IMG/VR virus record: IMGVR_UViG_3300033076_000586
Coordinates: 1 to 29,881 of that record
Reading direction: 5' to 3' (one strand)
DNA from: a virus
Taxonomy: Duplodnaviria; Caudoviricetes
Length of the DNA stretch: 29,881 nucleotides
The notes under the pieces are model-generated. The model did not search any database. It was not told the DNA's origin and saw nothing but the letters and a program-made list of their open reading frames with translations. Each line of letters starts with the position of its first letter. Position 1 is the stretch's first letter. Shown here piece after piece: positions 1 to 7,370 of the stretch. A program made the translations under genes and the position numbers.

Positions 1-116
1 TCCCCCTTCACTTCAATCGTCGTGCAGCTTGGGCACGGAACCGTCCTATCGGCGCATTGCCCGTAGGAACAATATGTGACGGTTGCGACCACGTCGTCTT
101 CGTCTTCAGGACCCAT
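1..116 (-). CDS. hypothetical Cys-rich protein, partial (runs off window)
   Basis: Hand translation MGPEDEDDVVATVTYCSYGQCADRTVPCPSCTTIEVKG...; ATG overlaps the end of 106..315; CxxxxC/CPSC motifs. Confidence 0.5.
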   Translation of the reverse strand, partial: MGPEDEDDVVATVTYCSYGQCADRTVPCPSCTTIEVKG

Positions 117-315
117 AAATATCGTCCTCGTCTATGCGCTCAATAAACTCGTCAACGATCCTTTTTAGGCAATCAAACCTAGTCGGCCTTTCCTCGTTTG
201 GGGATATAATTCTTGCCCCCTCAAGCTCAAGCATTGCCCTAAGCTTGCCCTTGGCTTCTTCCCAAAGAGCGTTCGCCATTGCATATCGCAAATTGTCAGT
301 AGGTAGTTCAGTCAT
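106..315 (-). CDS. hypothetical phage protein
   Basis: ATGA overlap with the upstream HNH gene; co-oriented in the early-left operon. Confidence 0.65.
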   Translation of the reverse strand: MTELPTDNLRYAMANALWEEAKGKLRAMLELEGARIISPNEERPTRFDCLKRIVDEFIERIDEDDIYGS

Positions 316-671
316 TGGAATAGGCCCTTTCTTGGCAACTCTGGTAGCTCTATCCGCTTCCGCTTCTCTCTCTTCGGAAAGCCCCTGGAGGCAATCTTCT
401 GCTTTGGCACGGTAGCCCCGATATGCTTCGCGGCTATCCTATTCGTCTTCGCGCGAACTGGAGCTTCCTGAGCTGTTTTTCCCGCATGGCAGTCAAGGTG
501 AGCAACGCCCATATTCGCTTCCACGTCCTCCCCGCCGAGCCACAATGGTTTTTTGTGCTCAACATGCCAAGGCTCTCCTGTTTTGATGGTTAACCCGCAG
601 AGATGACAGGCGCCATTAGACGCCTGCCATACTCTGACGCGCAGAGCTTTGGTTATCGCCCTGCGCGCCAT
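312..671 (-). CDS. HNH endonuclease (Zn-binding, McrA-like)
   Basis: CHLCG...WHVEHKKPLWLGGEDVEANMGVAHLDCH motif. Confidence 0.85.
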   Translation of the reverse strand: MARRAITKALRVRVWQASNGACHLCGLTIKTGEPWHVEHKKPLWLGGEDVEANMGVAHLDCHAGKTAQEAPVRAKTNRIAAKHIGATVPKQKIASRGFPKREKRKRIELPELPRKGLFQ

Positions 672-672
672 G

Positions 673-879
673 TTACGCCGCTTTCTTCATCGGACGGCTT
701 GGCAAGACCTTGAACCGCTTGCCCGTTTTAGCCTCAAGCTCCTTCAAGTGAGCAGAAATGACCGGCTCAAGAAGCTCGCCGATGGTCGTATCCAGCGCCT
801 TGGTGGCTCCACGGACTTTTCCGGCGATCTTTTCGTCCAGGCGGATGGTGAATGTAGTGCGATTGACAGTCTTAGCCAT
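673..879 (-). CDS. ribbon-helix-helix-like DNA-binding protein
   Basis: Likely start MAKTVNRTTFTIRLDEK just after the upstream stop; alternating beta-strand 'TFTIRL' followed by two helices. Confidence 0.55.
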   Translation of the reverse strand: MAKTVNRTTFTIRLDEKIAGKVRGATKALDTTIGELLEPVISAHLKELEAKTGKRFKVLPSRPMKKAA

Positions 880-881
880 TT

Positions 882-1193
882 CTAGAGTTTCCTTTCTGCT
901 CTCTCTGTTGCTTCGGCGCTCATTCGCTCCGAAAACTTCATCTTGATCCATTCAACCTTAATCTTAGCCAGATTAGCCGCCTTTCTGGCCTCCACGGTTT
1001 TCGTCACATATTCCAGCCACTCCTTCCCGGCTTTTACGGTCGCTTCAGCCCGGCTCACCGGCATATCGCCAAGCGCCGCCATCATCTGAGCCAGGACGGC
1101 TGATTTCGACGACTCCAGCAGGTCTGCAGCGGCGTCTAGCTCGCACCATTCTTTGCCGGCTAAGCGGAACTGCTCGGAAAGAGGCTGCGACAT
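882..1193 (-). CDS. hypothetical helical protein in recombination module
   Basis: Coupled to the SSB-like gene; helical/coiled-coil composition. Confidence 0.7.
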   Translation of the reverse strand: MSQPLSEQFRLAGKEWCELDAAADLLESSKSAVLAQMMAALGDMPVSRAEATVKAGKEWLEYVTKTVEARKAANLAKIKVEWIKMKFSERMSAEATERAERKL

Positions 1194-1474
1194 CAGAATG
1201 GGATTTCATCGCTTAGCGGATCGTCGTAGAGGCTCTGCGGCTTGCTCTGCGGCTTGCTCTGCGGCGCGCTCTGACCCTGCTTAGCGGCCTTTGGCTTTCC
1301 GCGCTTCACCAGCATGAATTTCTTCCCCCCCTTTCCCTCCTTAATCTTGCATGTGGCGTAGAATTCTTCGCCGCTCTCCCCAGTCCAGGTTCCTTCGTAT
1401 TCGGCGTGCCAGTCTTCGGTTTTCCGCTTATTCTTGAACAGAATGACGGTGTGCGAGTTATCATAATCAGCCAT
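1193..1474 (-). CDS. single-stranded DNA-binding protein-like
   Basis: Beta-rich N-terminus, Q/P/K linker, acidic SSB-type tail DDPLSDEIPF; next to ERF. Confidence 0.7.
   Translation of the reverse strand: MADYDNSHTVILFKNKRKTEDWHAEYEGTWTGESGEEFYATCKIKEGKGGKKFMLVKRGKPKAAKQGQSAPQSKPQSKPQSLYDDPLSDEIPF
1232..1265. repeat. 12-bp tandem repeat (GCTCTGCGGCTT, about 3 copies) encoding the PQSK linker
   Basis: Seen directly in sequence. Confidence 0.85.
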
Positions 1475-2120
1475 TAGACGCCCCATTGTTGGCTGCGGAA
1501 ATCTTGTCTTCAGCGGCGCGGAAAGCCTTCTTGAAAGCCTCCTTGTCGTCGTCCCACATACCGGCTCTGGCTGCTGAAGACGTTACTAGAATGTCCTTTA
1601 GATCTTCCCTAGACTGCGCATCGCCGATTCTATTAACCAAAGATGCTAACGCGTTCGCAGACTGCTCTTCGGTAAGTGCAGGGACTGGAGGCGGCGCGGC
1701 CTTCTTCGGCGCCGGCGTCGTCTTCTCATTAGCTGCATTGCCATCATCGTCGGGCGTATCTCCAGCAATCCCGCAGATCGCGAACAGACCGAAGCGCCGA
1801 TAATAGGTCATAGCCGCGCCGACTTCCTGCGGGCGAGCAGGGAAGGCAATAATCGGCATCTCCGACGAAATCCACTCCCCGCTCTCGGCGTGCGCCAAGA
1901 CGGTCTCAAGGACCATAACGTCGCCATCCATGCGCGTGGGCTGCGTGAAGGCGATTCCGTTCTTGGACAGTGGTTCACGAACAGCGTCGATCCCGGCTGT
2001 TATATCCGCATACTTCGACTTGAAGTGTGGGTTAGTCAGATGTTTTTCAGGGTTCTTCATCTCGCCCTGCGCCTTCGCAAGAGCGAGCATGAGGTTCCCG
2101 ATTGACGGTGAGCTATTCAT
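1467..2120 (-). CDS. erf: ERF-family single-strand annealing protein
   Basis: ALAKAQ...NPHFKSKYAD...HAESGEWISS...GAAMTYYRRF...GIAG..DDDGN motifs. Confidence 0.9.
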   Translation of the reverse strand: MNSSPSIGNLMLALAKAQGEMKNPEKHLTNPHFKSKYADITAGIDAVREPLSKNGIAFTQPTRMDGDVMVLETVLAHAESGEWISSEMPIIAFPARPQEVGAAMTYYRRFGLFAICGIAGDTPDDDGNAANEKTTPAPKKAAPPPVPALTEEQSANALASLVNRIGDAQSREDLKDILVTSSAARAGMWDDDKEAFKKAFRAAEDKISAANNGASNG

Positions 2121-2908
2121 TTTGCGCCTCGTATGGTGATTGCGCCGTTTTTCGAGCGCTTGGCAGTAATTCCATGCCCGAACGCCTCTGATACGTCAGG
2201 TTCGATCAAACCTTTAATCGTATCGGCTGCCTTTGTAAACTTCTTTGACGCGGCCAAGTTTTCTAGCCATTCCCCGGCGGCTGACGACCACTCGTTGCGG
2301 CCTGTCATATCCTCGATGCGGATTGCCTCGACAGGTGGCGGCGGAGGTTGGACAAATACTGGCGACTGTCCGGTCTGGACGGCGTTCCAGAATAGCTCTT
2401 CAGCGCGGATCAGGCATTCGGCGTATTCCTCGTCAAGGGTTACGTCGTATTGCTCGAATTTGTGGCCGTTCCCATAAATCACGCTTAAGACGGCGCGATC
2501 TAGCTCGCAGACGATCATATTATGAGTGAGCTGCGGCAGATAGCGCGCTTTAATCTCTTCCGGCTTGGCGAATGGGCTGACCGTCTTGGCTTCGTAAACG
2601 GTCTCGTTATTATCTGTCAGGCCGTCCAATGTGCACATCATCCAAGGGTAATGCAGGCTGAGTTTTTCAGCGCCCATATGGGTTATCTTGCGCCCCGTGC
2701 GGCGCTCGAAGAACGCGATGTTGACAGGCTCCGTCGCTGAGCCGATCACGACCTGAAGCACATCCGACAAATCTTCCGGCTCGATCTCGCCACGATATTC
2801 CCGCCAAAGACGCAGGATTTTTTCGTCGTCTCCGCTCATGATGACATTGGCGGTGCTCCCGCCAATGCCATGCTTGCGGAAGGCTATCTGAGCTTCCGTA
2901 AGGCTCAT
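2117..2908 (-). CDS. YqaJ-like viral recombinase / lambda-exonuclease-family nuclease
   Basis: RKHGIGGS, TLDG, YEAKT and YLPQLTHNM motifs; paired with ERF. Confidence 0.9.
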   Translation of the reverse strand: MSLTEAQIAFRKHGIGGSTANVIMSGDDEKILRLWREYRGEIEPEDLSDVLQVVIGSATEPVNIAFFERRTGRKITHMGAEKLSLHYPWMMCTLDGLTDNNETVYEAKTVSPFAKPEEIKARYLPQLTHNMIVCELDRAVLSVIYGNGHKFEQYDVTLDEEYAECLIRAEELFWNAVQTGQSPVFVQPPPPPVEAIRIEDMTGRNEWSSAAGEWLENLAASKKFTKAADTIKGLIEPDVSEAFGHGITAKRSKNGAITIRGAK

Positions 2909-3096
2909 CGCTCCATCTCCGAATTAAAGGCGCGGCAGGCTGCCTCTACCCGGTCGAACAGCCCTTCCTTGAGGAAAATGGCGATGTTCATAAGCTCGCC
3001 GTTACCGTCACGCAATTCGACCCAGACCGTGTTCCCATGCTTGCACGCCTCAAGCGTGATCCCGCTAGCGCGGGCTGAAATGGTATTCTCGGGCAT
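2905..3096 (-). CDS. hypothetical protein
   Basis: GGAGGG SD upstream; ATGA overlap with the YqaJ gene. Confidence 0.6.
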   Translation of the reverse strand: MPENTISARASGITLEACKHGNTVWVELRDGNGELMNIAIFLKEGLFDRVEAACRAFNSEMER

Positions 3097-3267
3097 TTAT
3101 CCCTCCGTAACGCCGATTGACATAAAGGCGTATCGTTGATTTTCCCGCCTGGCGCTATCCCATGCGCTCCACCATCCAAGCCGGCGGTATAGACCGGCCC
3201 GGGTGGCGTAATAGGCGGCTATATGGCTGCAAGCATGGTGCTGTTGCACTGGCCGACAGGCCGTCAC
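3097..3267 (-). CDS. hypothetical 56-aa protein (not in ORF track)
   Basis: GTG start overlaps the upstream TGA and the stop abuts the next ATG; VTACRPVQQHHACSHIAAYY...GVTEG. Confidence 0.45.
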   Translation of the reverse strand: MTACRPVQQHHACSHIAAYYATRAGLYRRLGWWSAWDSARRENQRYAFMSIGVTEG

Positions 3268-3404
3268 TTGCGCAGTTCCTTCTTAATGGCCCGGATGGCT
3301 TTCCGCTCAGAACGCTCCAGAACCGCCAGGGCGATGCCCCAGGCTAAGGCGAGCGTCAGGAATGGCGCGACGAAAAGGATGGTGACGAATTGAGCCTCAG
3401 ACAT
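3264..3404 (-). CDS. 46-aa single-pass membrane protein (not in ORF track)
   Basis: MSEAQFVTILFVAPFLTLALAWGIALAVLERSERKAIRAIKKELRK; TAATG coupling; TM helix plus basic tail. Confidence 0.6.
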   Translation of the reverse strand: MSEAQFVTILFVAPFLTLALAWGIALAVLERSERKAIRAIKKELRK

Positions 3405-3775
3405 TAGTTCGCTCCTACCGGTTGCCATTTGCCGTTCACGTCTTTGACCGACCTGGTCGTGGTTTTCCGATCAAAGTCGACGCAAGAGCGGATATCGCCC
3501 TCTTCGTTGAACTTACATACCAGCCGACCTATTAATTTTCCGTCTAGGTTCTCGATCTCGTGCATCGACATATCGACGCCGTTGTATTTGGCGATAATCG
3601 CCCTGGTGCAGATCCGGTCTTCCGGCTCGCAAAGCCGAATAACGGGGTTTTTGCCGCCGTTCTGCCGGATGGCGCGCTCGGCGTGAGCTTTAACCAATTG
3701 CGCCCAATCCTCGTTTTTACCGGCATGAGCGGGCGAGCAGGCTAAAATCAAAGCTAAGAAGGCAATCCGTCGCAT
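3404..3775 (-). CDS. secreted/periplasmic protein with signal peptide
   Basis: MRRIAFLALILACSPAHA signal peptide; four Cys in the mature part; AGGAG SD. Confidence 0.75.
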   Translation of the reverse strand: MRRIAFLALILACSPAHAGKNEDWAQLVKAHAERAIRQNGGKNPVIRLCEPEDRICTRAIIAKYNGVDMSMHEIENLDGKLIGRLVCKFNEEGDIRSCVDFDRKTTTRSVKDVNGKWQPVGAN

Positions 3776-3802
3776 CGGAATTTCTCCTGGGTAGTCAGCC
3801 TA

Positions 3803-4018
3803 TTACCATTGGCCGTTCTGTTGCTGCTGATATTGGTGGTATCGAAGCTGTTCCTGAGACTGTTCCTCAAGGCGGCGCATATTCTCCCGCATATGGTCAA
3901 TCGTTCGCTCGTTTTCGTAGTTGTCGCTGTTGTAGTAGCGGCAATTCGACCCGTAGCAGTTCGCCGAGGCGGCGGTCGAGGTGAAGGCGATCAAGGCAGC
4001 AAGGATAAGCGTTTTCAT
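3803..4018 (-). CDS. small secreted protein with signal peptide
   Basis: MKTLILAALIAFTSTAASA signal; CxxxxC; Q-rich tail. Confidence 0.7.
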   Translation of the reverse strand: MKTLILAALIAFTSTAASANCYGSNCRYYNSDNYENERTIDHMRENMRRLEEQSQEQLRYHQYQQQQNGQW

Positions 4019-4209
4019 TTCGACTGCTCCTGTAGTTCAGCAAGTTTCTTGCTGTTCTTGTAAATCATCATTTTGGCAATCTCGACCCCGTGGCGCTTTA
4101 CTGCTGGCGTGACGGGCTTTCCGTCAGGTCCAAAGCCGCTTTCGATCTGGCGGATCGTCGCTTCCCAGGCGGCTATTGATTCCTGAAGCTGGGCGATGTC
4201 GTATTTCAT
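4015..4209 (-). CDS. hypothetical protein
   Basis: GGAG SD; ATGA coupling to the next gene. Confidence 0.6.
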   Translation of the reverse strand: MKYDIAQLQESIAAWEATIRQIESGFGPDGKPVTPAVKRHGVEIAKMMIYKNSKKLAELQEQSK

Positions 4210-4212
4210 GGC

Positions 4213-4446
4213 TTACTCCATCACAATGCAAAGACCAAAGCCGCCGGCGGTCATGCCGTCGAGGATGTCGTGCTTGTCGCACTTGGCCATTCCCCAGGCG
4301 ACTTTGAGGCAATAGCCAATGTCGCGCAGCGGGGTGTGGGGCGGCTTCTGGCCGACAGAGATAAACTGCCGATCGCGGAGCTTCTGCTCGCGGACCAACG
4401 CATTCGCTTTGGCCATGATCTTCGCGATGTTGTAGCGGATGGTCAT
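4213..4446 (-). CDS. hypothetical protein, first gene of leftward early operon
   Basis: ATG at 4446 has a GGAG SD (the track starts at GTG 4455); directly downstream of PL. Confidence 0.6.
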   Translation of the reverse strand: MTIRYNIAKIMAKANALVREQKLRDRQFISVGQKPPHTPLRDIGYCLKVAWGMAKCDKHDILDGMTAGGFGLCIVME

Positions 4447-4474
4447 TTGCGTCACTCCGTCGTTCGATGTCCTA

Positions 4475-4503
4475 AGTTATAAACGAAAAATCGTAGCTGT
4501 CAA
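4475..4503 (-). promoter_or_regulatory. PL-like sigma70 promoter with operator in the spacer
   Basis: TTGACA-N17-ATAACT (or N16-TATAAC) on the minus strand; spacer contains the ACGA-N4-TCGT palindrome at 4483-4494. Confidence 0.75.
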
Positions 4504-4507
4504 CAAG

Positions 4508-4545
4508 AAAAAGGGGCGGCGAAATTTTGTTTTGCGCCCGCCCCC
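4508..4545 (-). terminator. intrinsic terminator downstream of cI
   Basis: GGGGCGG(G)CG...CGCCGCCCC stem followed by TTTTTCTT on the minus strand. Confidence 0.6.
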
Positions 4546-4571
4546 AAATCGGTTATTGATTCGTTACCGCT

Positions 4572-5063
4572 TTATTTGTGCTGGGGCTTGGCTAATGATT
4601 GAGAAAATCCTGAAGGAAAGAATCCGCGAGCTATCGTCAGCCCCTGAATACGGCCAAGATACTGCATATTGCCCGCGCCATCGGGCGGCGGTGCTTCGGC
4701 GAATTCTCTGCAAATTGCAAGGAGTTCAGCCGACTCTTCGCGATCTAGCCCTAGACGCTCTAGAACCCCCGAAACGATATAGCAAAGACGATCAAGAAGG
4801 ATCGCTGCACTAGGCGCTACGACCGGCGAGCTAGGGAATTTCGGCCCCTGGCCCGTCATCAGCCATTTCTCGGTCACGCCTAGGGCTTCGGCAAGCTCAT
4901 ATATAATGGAGGTGCGCCTGGCCTTCCCGGTCTCGATGCTGCTAATCGTCGAAACGCCGCAGCCGAGCGTCGGATTGATTCGCCGAATCTCGTCAGACAA
5001 TCTACGCTGATCCCAGCCTCGCCCCGCGCGAGCTTCCGCCACGCGGCTACCTAGAGTTGACAT
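4572..5063 (-). CDS. CI-like repressor (XRE HTH) without S24 peptidase domain
   Basis: LGSRVAEAR...STISSIETG...ELAEALGVTEKWLMTGQG; AAGGAGG SD; divergent from the cro-like gene. Confidence 0.85.
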   Translation of the reverse strand: MSTLGSRVAEARAGRGWDQRRLSDEIRRINPTLGCGVSTISSIETGKARRTSIIYELAEALGVTEKWLMTGQGPKFPSSPVVAPSAAILLDRLCYIVSGVLERLGLDREESAELLAICREFAEAPPPDGAGNMQYLGRIQGLTIARGFFPSGFSQSLAKPQHK

Positions 5064-5096
5064 GCACGCCTCCTTAATCTTCGTTAACGGAATATA

Positions 5097-5172
5097 CGAC
5101 GGAAATTCGTAACTTACAACAGGGTAAATCTACCTATTTGCGCTTGACAGGTAATTCGGAGTTTCGTAGCAT
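5097..5172 (+). promoter_or_regulatory. OR region with PR promoter
   Basis: TTGACA (5144-5149)-N17-TAGCAT (5167-5172); operator-like ACGGAAATTCGT (5099-5110) and TCGGAGTTTCGT (5156-5167). Confidence 0.75.
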
Positions 5173-5178
5173 AGCGAT

Positions 5179-5388
5179 ATGACGAAAGACGAAGCCTTTA
5201 GCAAAGTCGTTGAAATCCTTGGCACTCAGGCCGAGCTTGCGCGCTTGTTGAATGCCCGTCAATCTACTGTGTCGTATTGGCGGATAACCGGAATTCCCGC
5301 CGAGCAGGCGGTAGAGCTTGAGAAGGCGAGCGACGGTCGAGTGCCGCGCTGGGTTTCTCGCCCAGATCTATGGGAGCCAAGGCTATGA
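5179..5388 (+). CDS. cro: Cro-like (YdaS-family) transcriptional regulator
   Basis: GTQAELARLL...STVSYW...IPAE...LEKAS.G.V....SRPDLW signature; divergent from cI. Confidence 0.85.
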   Translation: MTKDEAFSKVVEILGTQAELARLLNARQSTVSYWRITGIPAEQAVELEKASDGRVPRWVSRPDLWEPRL

Positions 5389-5516
5389 GCGATGAAGAGA
5401 TAGACCGCATGTATGGGATTGAGCCCATGCCGCAGGGGCGGGCTTATGCGCTGATGATCGGAGCCTCTCTCGCGCTTTGGGCCGTCATTTTCTGGATTGC
5501 CTGGGCGATTATCTAA
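5385..5516 (+). CDS. 43-aa membrane protein (not in ORF track)
   Basis: MSDEEIDRMYGIEPMPQGRAYALMIGASLALWAVIFWIAWAII; ATGA overlap with cro. Confidence 0.55.
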   Translation: MSDEEIDRMYGIEPMPQGRAYALMIGASLALWAVIFWIAWAII

Positions 5517-5575
5517 CCAATCGCGACGGGAAAGACCGCGCTAGCAAAGAGGGAGGCTCCTAATGGAACGCTCCT

Positions 5576-5908
5576 ATGAGGAAAGAATACCAAAGTCAGT
5601 GGAGGCGAGAATTCCTTGAAAAGAACGGGCATTCTCATAGCAAAGCATGGAATAAAAATAACCCAGAAAAGCGCAGGGCTCAGAAAATGGTAGAAAACCA
5701 CCTAGCAAGAGGAAAGCTTGAAAAAATGCCTTGCGAACGCTGCGGATCTTCAGTGAATGTCCATGCCCACCATGACGATTATTCGCGGCCTCTGGACGTG
5801 ATGTGGCTTTGCGCCAAACATCACAAAGAGCGCCACAAAGAGCTTCGCGCTGGCTCTCCTCCTCTGCAGCGCGAAGAAACGCCTGCCCTTGGCGTTTCCC
5901 CTCCCTAA
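5576..5908 (+). CDS. HNH-like Zn-binding protein
   Basis: CERCG...HAHHDDYSRPLDVMWLCAKHHKERH motif. Confidence 0.75.
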   Translation: MRKEYQSQWRREFLEKNGHSHSKAWNKNNPEKRRAQKMVENHLARGKLEKMPCERCGSSVNVHAHHDDYSRPLDVMWLCAKHHKERHKELRAGSPPLQREETPALGVSPP

Positions 5909-5911
5909 ACT

Positions 5912-5939
5912 CCCCGGCGCTTCGGCGTCGGGGCTTTTT
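5912..5939 (+). terminator. intrinsic terminator (tR1-like)
   Basis: CCCCGGCGC-TTCG-GCGTCGGGG followed by CTTTTT. Confidence 0.8.
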
Positions 5940-6162
5940 AGGCAAGTTTCACGAGACTTCCCCCTTCAAATGTGTTTATCGCATCGCGCATTTTTGAGGG
6001 CTGTTTGGGTAGCAGGTGGAGGGGGGCGCGGGAATATCCCCCCAGTTATTCAGTTTCGGGCGGCGCTTTGACGCCCGAGGCCTCGGATCGAAGACCAGTC
6101 GGTTCGGGGAATGCGCAAAGATCGGGTTACTTCGTCGTGGTTGCTAATGCGATCTAAGCGCG

Positions 6163-6199
6163 AGGGGGCGGTAGGTGGGAGCCAGCCGCCCCCTTTTTT
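6163..6199 (+). terminator. intrinsic terminator before rusA
   Basis: AGGGGGCGG/CCGCCCCCT stem followed by a T run. Confidence 0.75.
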
Positions 6200-6213
6200 A
6201 TGAGGTATTACGA

Positions 6214-6591
6214 ATGCTCGGCAGAGAAGAAAAAGAAGTCGTCATGCTTGACCTGCCGCCGCCAATCTCAACGAACGATATCTGGACGCCAGTCCGCCGC
6301 AAGGCCGGCTTCGCCCAAATGGTTCGCTCTAAGAAATATTTGCAGTGGGTCTCTGACGCTGGCTTTATGATTAACGCGCAACGCCCAGGAATGGTAAGCG
6401 GGAAATTCTCATTTCGCCTGCAAGTTACACGCAAAAGCAGGGTCGATCTAGATAACGTTTTGAAGGCCACGCTTGATCTATTGCAAAATCAAGGAATTAT
6501 CTCGAATGATCGCAAATGCGAGGAAATACAAGTCAAGCGCGCAGACGTTGACGGAATGCGCTGCACAATTATAGCAATTAAGGGGGAATAA
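6214..6591 (+). CDS. rusA: RusA-family Holliday junction resolvase
   Basis: LPPPISTN, RVDLDNVLKATLDLLQNQGIISND motif; GAGG SD before ATG 6214. Confidence 0.85.
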   Translation: MLGREEKEVVMLDLPPPISTNDIWTPVRRKAGFAQMVRSKKYLQWVSDAGFMINAQRPGMVSGKFSFRLQVTRKSRVDLDNVLKATLDLLQNQGIISNDRKCEEIQVKRADVDGMRCTIIAIKGE

Positions 6592-7062
6592 ATGGCTGTC
6601 AAACAGTGGACCGAAGCAGAGGACGACCAGCTTCGCGAGTTATGCAAGCAAGGGCTGTATTATAGCCGAATTGCAAAAATCCTCGGGCGCGGCAAGAATT
6701 CCGTTGTCGGCCGGGCTCAGCGAAAGGGTTATTCCGGTCTGGCGCCTCGCAAGCCGGTATGGAATTCTGGTTTGAGCAAGGATCTGGCCGCGGGAAAGCT
6801 CAAGGTCGAGGAGAAGGCCAAGAAGGCCGAGAAAATAGAGGCGCTGTTTTGCGAAACGGTTGCCGACGATTACGACGCTTTCAAATCCATTCCATTTGAA
6901 TCCTTGGAGCATGGCATGTGCCGCTGGCCGCGGGGTGAGGCGCGGGACATGGTTTTCTGTGGCTGCCGGACGCTCGTAGGTTCGTCGTGGTGCGAATGGC
7001 ACCGGAGCCTCGTCTTTGTCCCTTATCGTCCCGCCAAGTTCATTGCGAGGTCGGTGCGATGA
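6592..7062 (+). CDS. gcrA: GcrA-family cell cycle regulator
   Basis: N-terminal WTE..DDQLREL...G..YSRIAKILG.GKNSVVGRA and C-terminal CRWP.G...FCG...SWCEWH. Confidence 0.9.
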   Translation: MAVKQWTEAEDDQLRELCKQGLYYSRIAKILGRGKNSVVGRAQRKGYSGLAPRKPVWNSGLSKDLAAGKLKVEEKAKKAEKIEALFCETVADDYDAFKSIPFESLEHGMCRWPRGEARDMVFCGCRTLVGSSWCEWHRSLVFVPYRPAKFIARSVR

Positions 7063-7370
7063 CAAAAGGCGCTAATTCCCCTTTGAGCGCGCAAGACTCT
7101 GCGAAGATCAAGGCGCTCTACCAATCTGGCGTATCGGTCTACCAAATTGCCAAGCAGACCGGCTTTGCCTGCTCCACCATTCACCGGCACGCGACCGGGC
7201 AATACAAGCGCAAGCCAAAGGCCATTCCGCCTAAGCCGAAGCTGTGTGCAAAATTGATCGGGGATTGCCCGGTATCCGGCCAGCGGCTGTTCATGGTCAC
7301 TGGCGCCGAGCATGAACATTTGACGCCCGAGCCTATTGTTAAGCTTTCCGGCTGGAGGATTGAGGAATGA
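7059..7370 (+). CDS. HTH DNA-binding protein
   Basis: KIKALYQSGVSVYQIAKQTGFACSTIHRH; ATGA overlap with gcrA. Confidence 0.7.
   Translation: MTKGANSPLSAQDSAKIKALYQSGVSVYQIAKQTGFACSTIHRHATGQYKRKPKAIPPKPKLCAKLIGDCPVSGQRLFMVTGAEHEHLTPEPIVKLSGWRIEE

Noticed and set aside
5074-5088. CtrA box upstream of cI
   Set aside because: The sequence is TTAA-N6-TTAAC, whereas the canonical spacing is N7; a half-site cannot be excluded.
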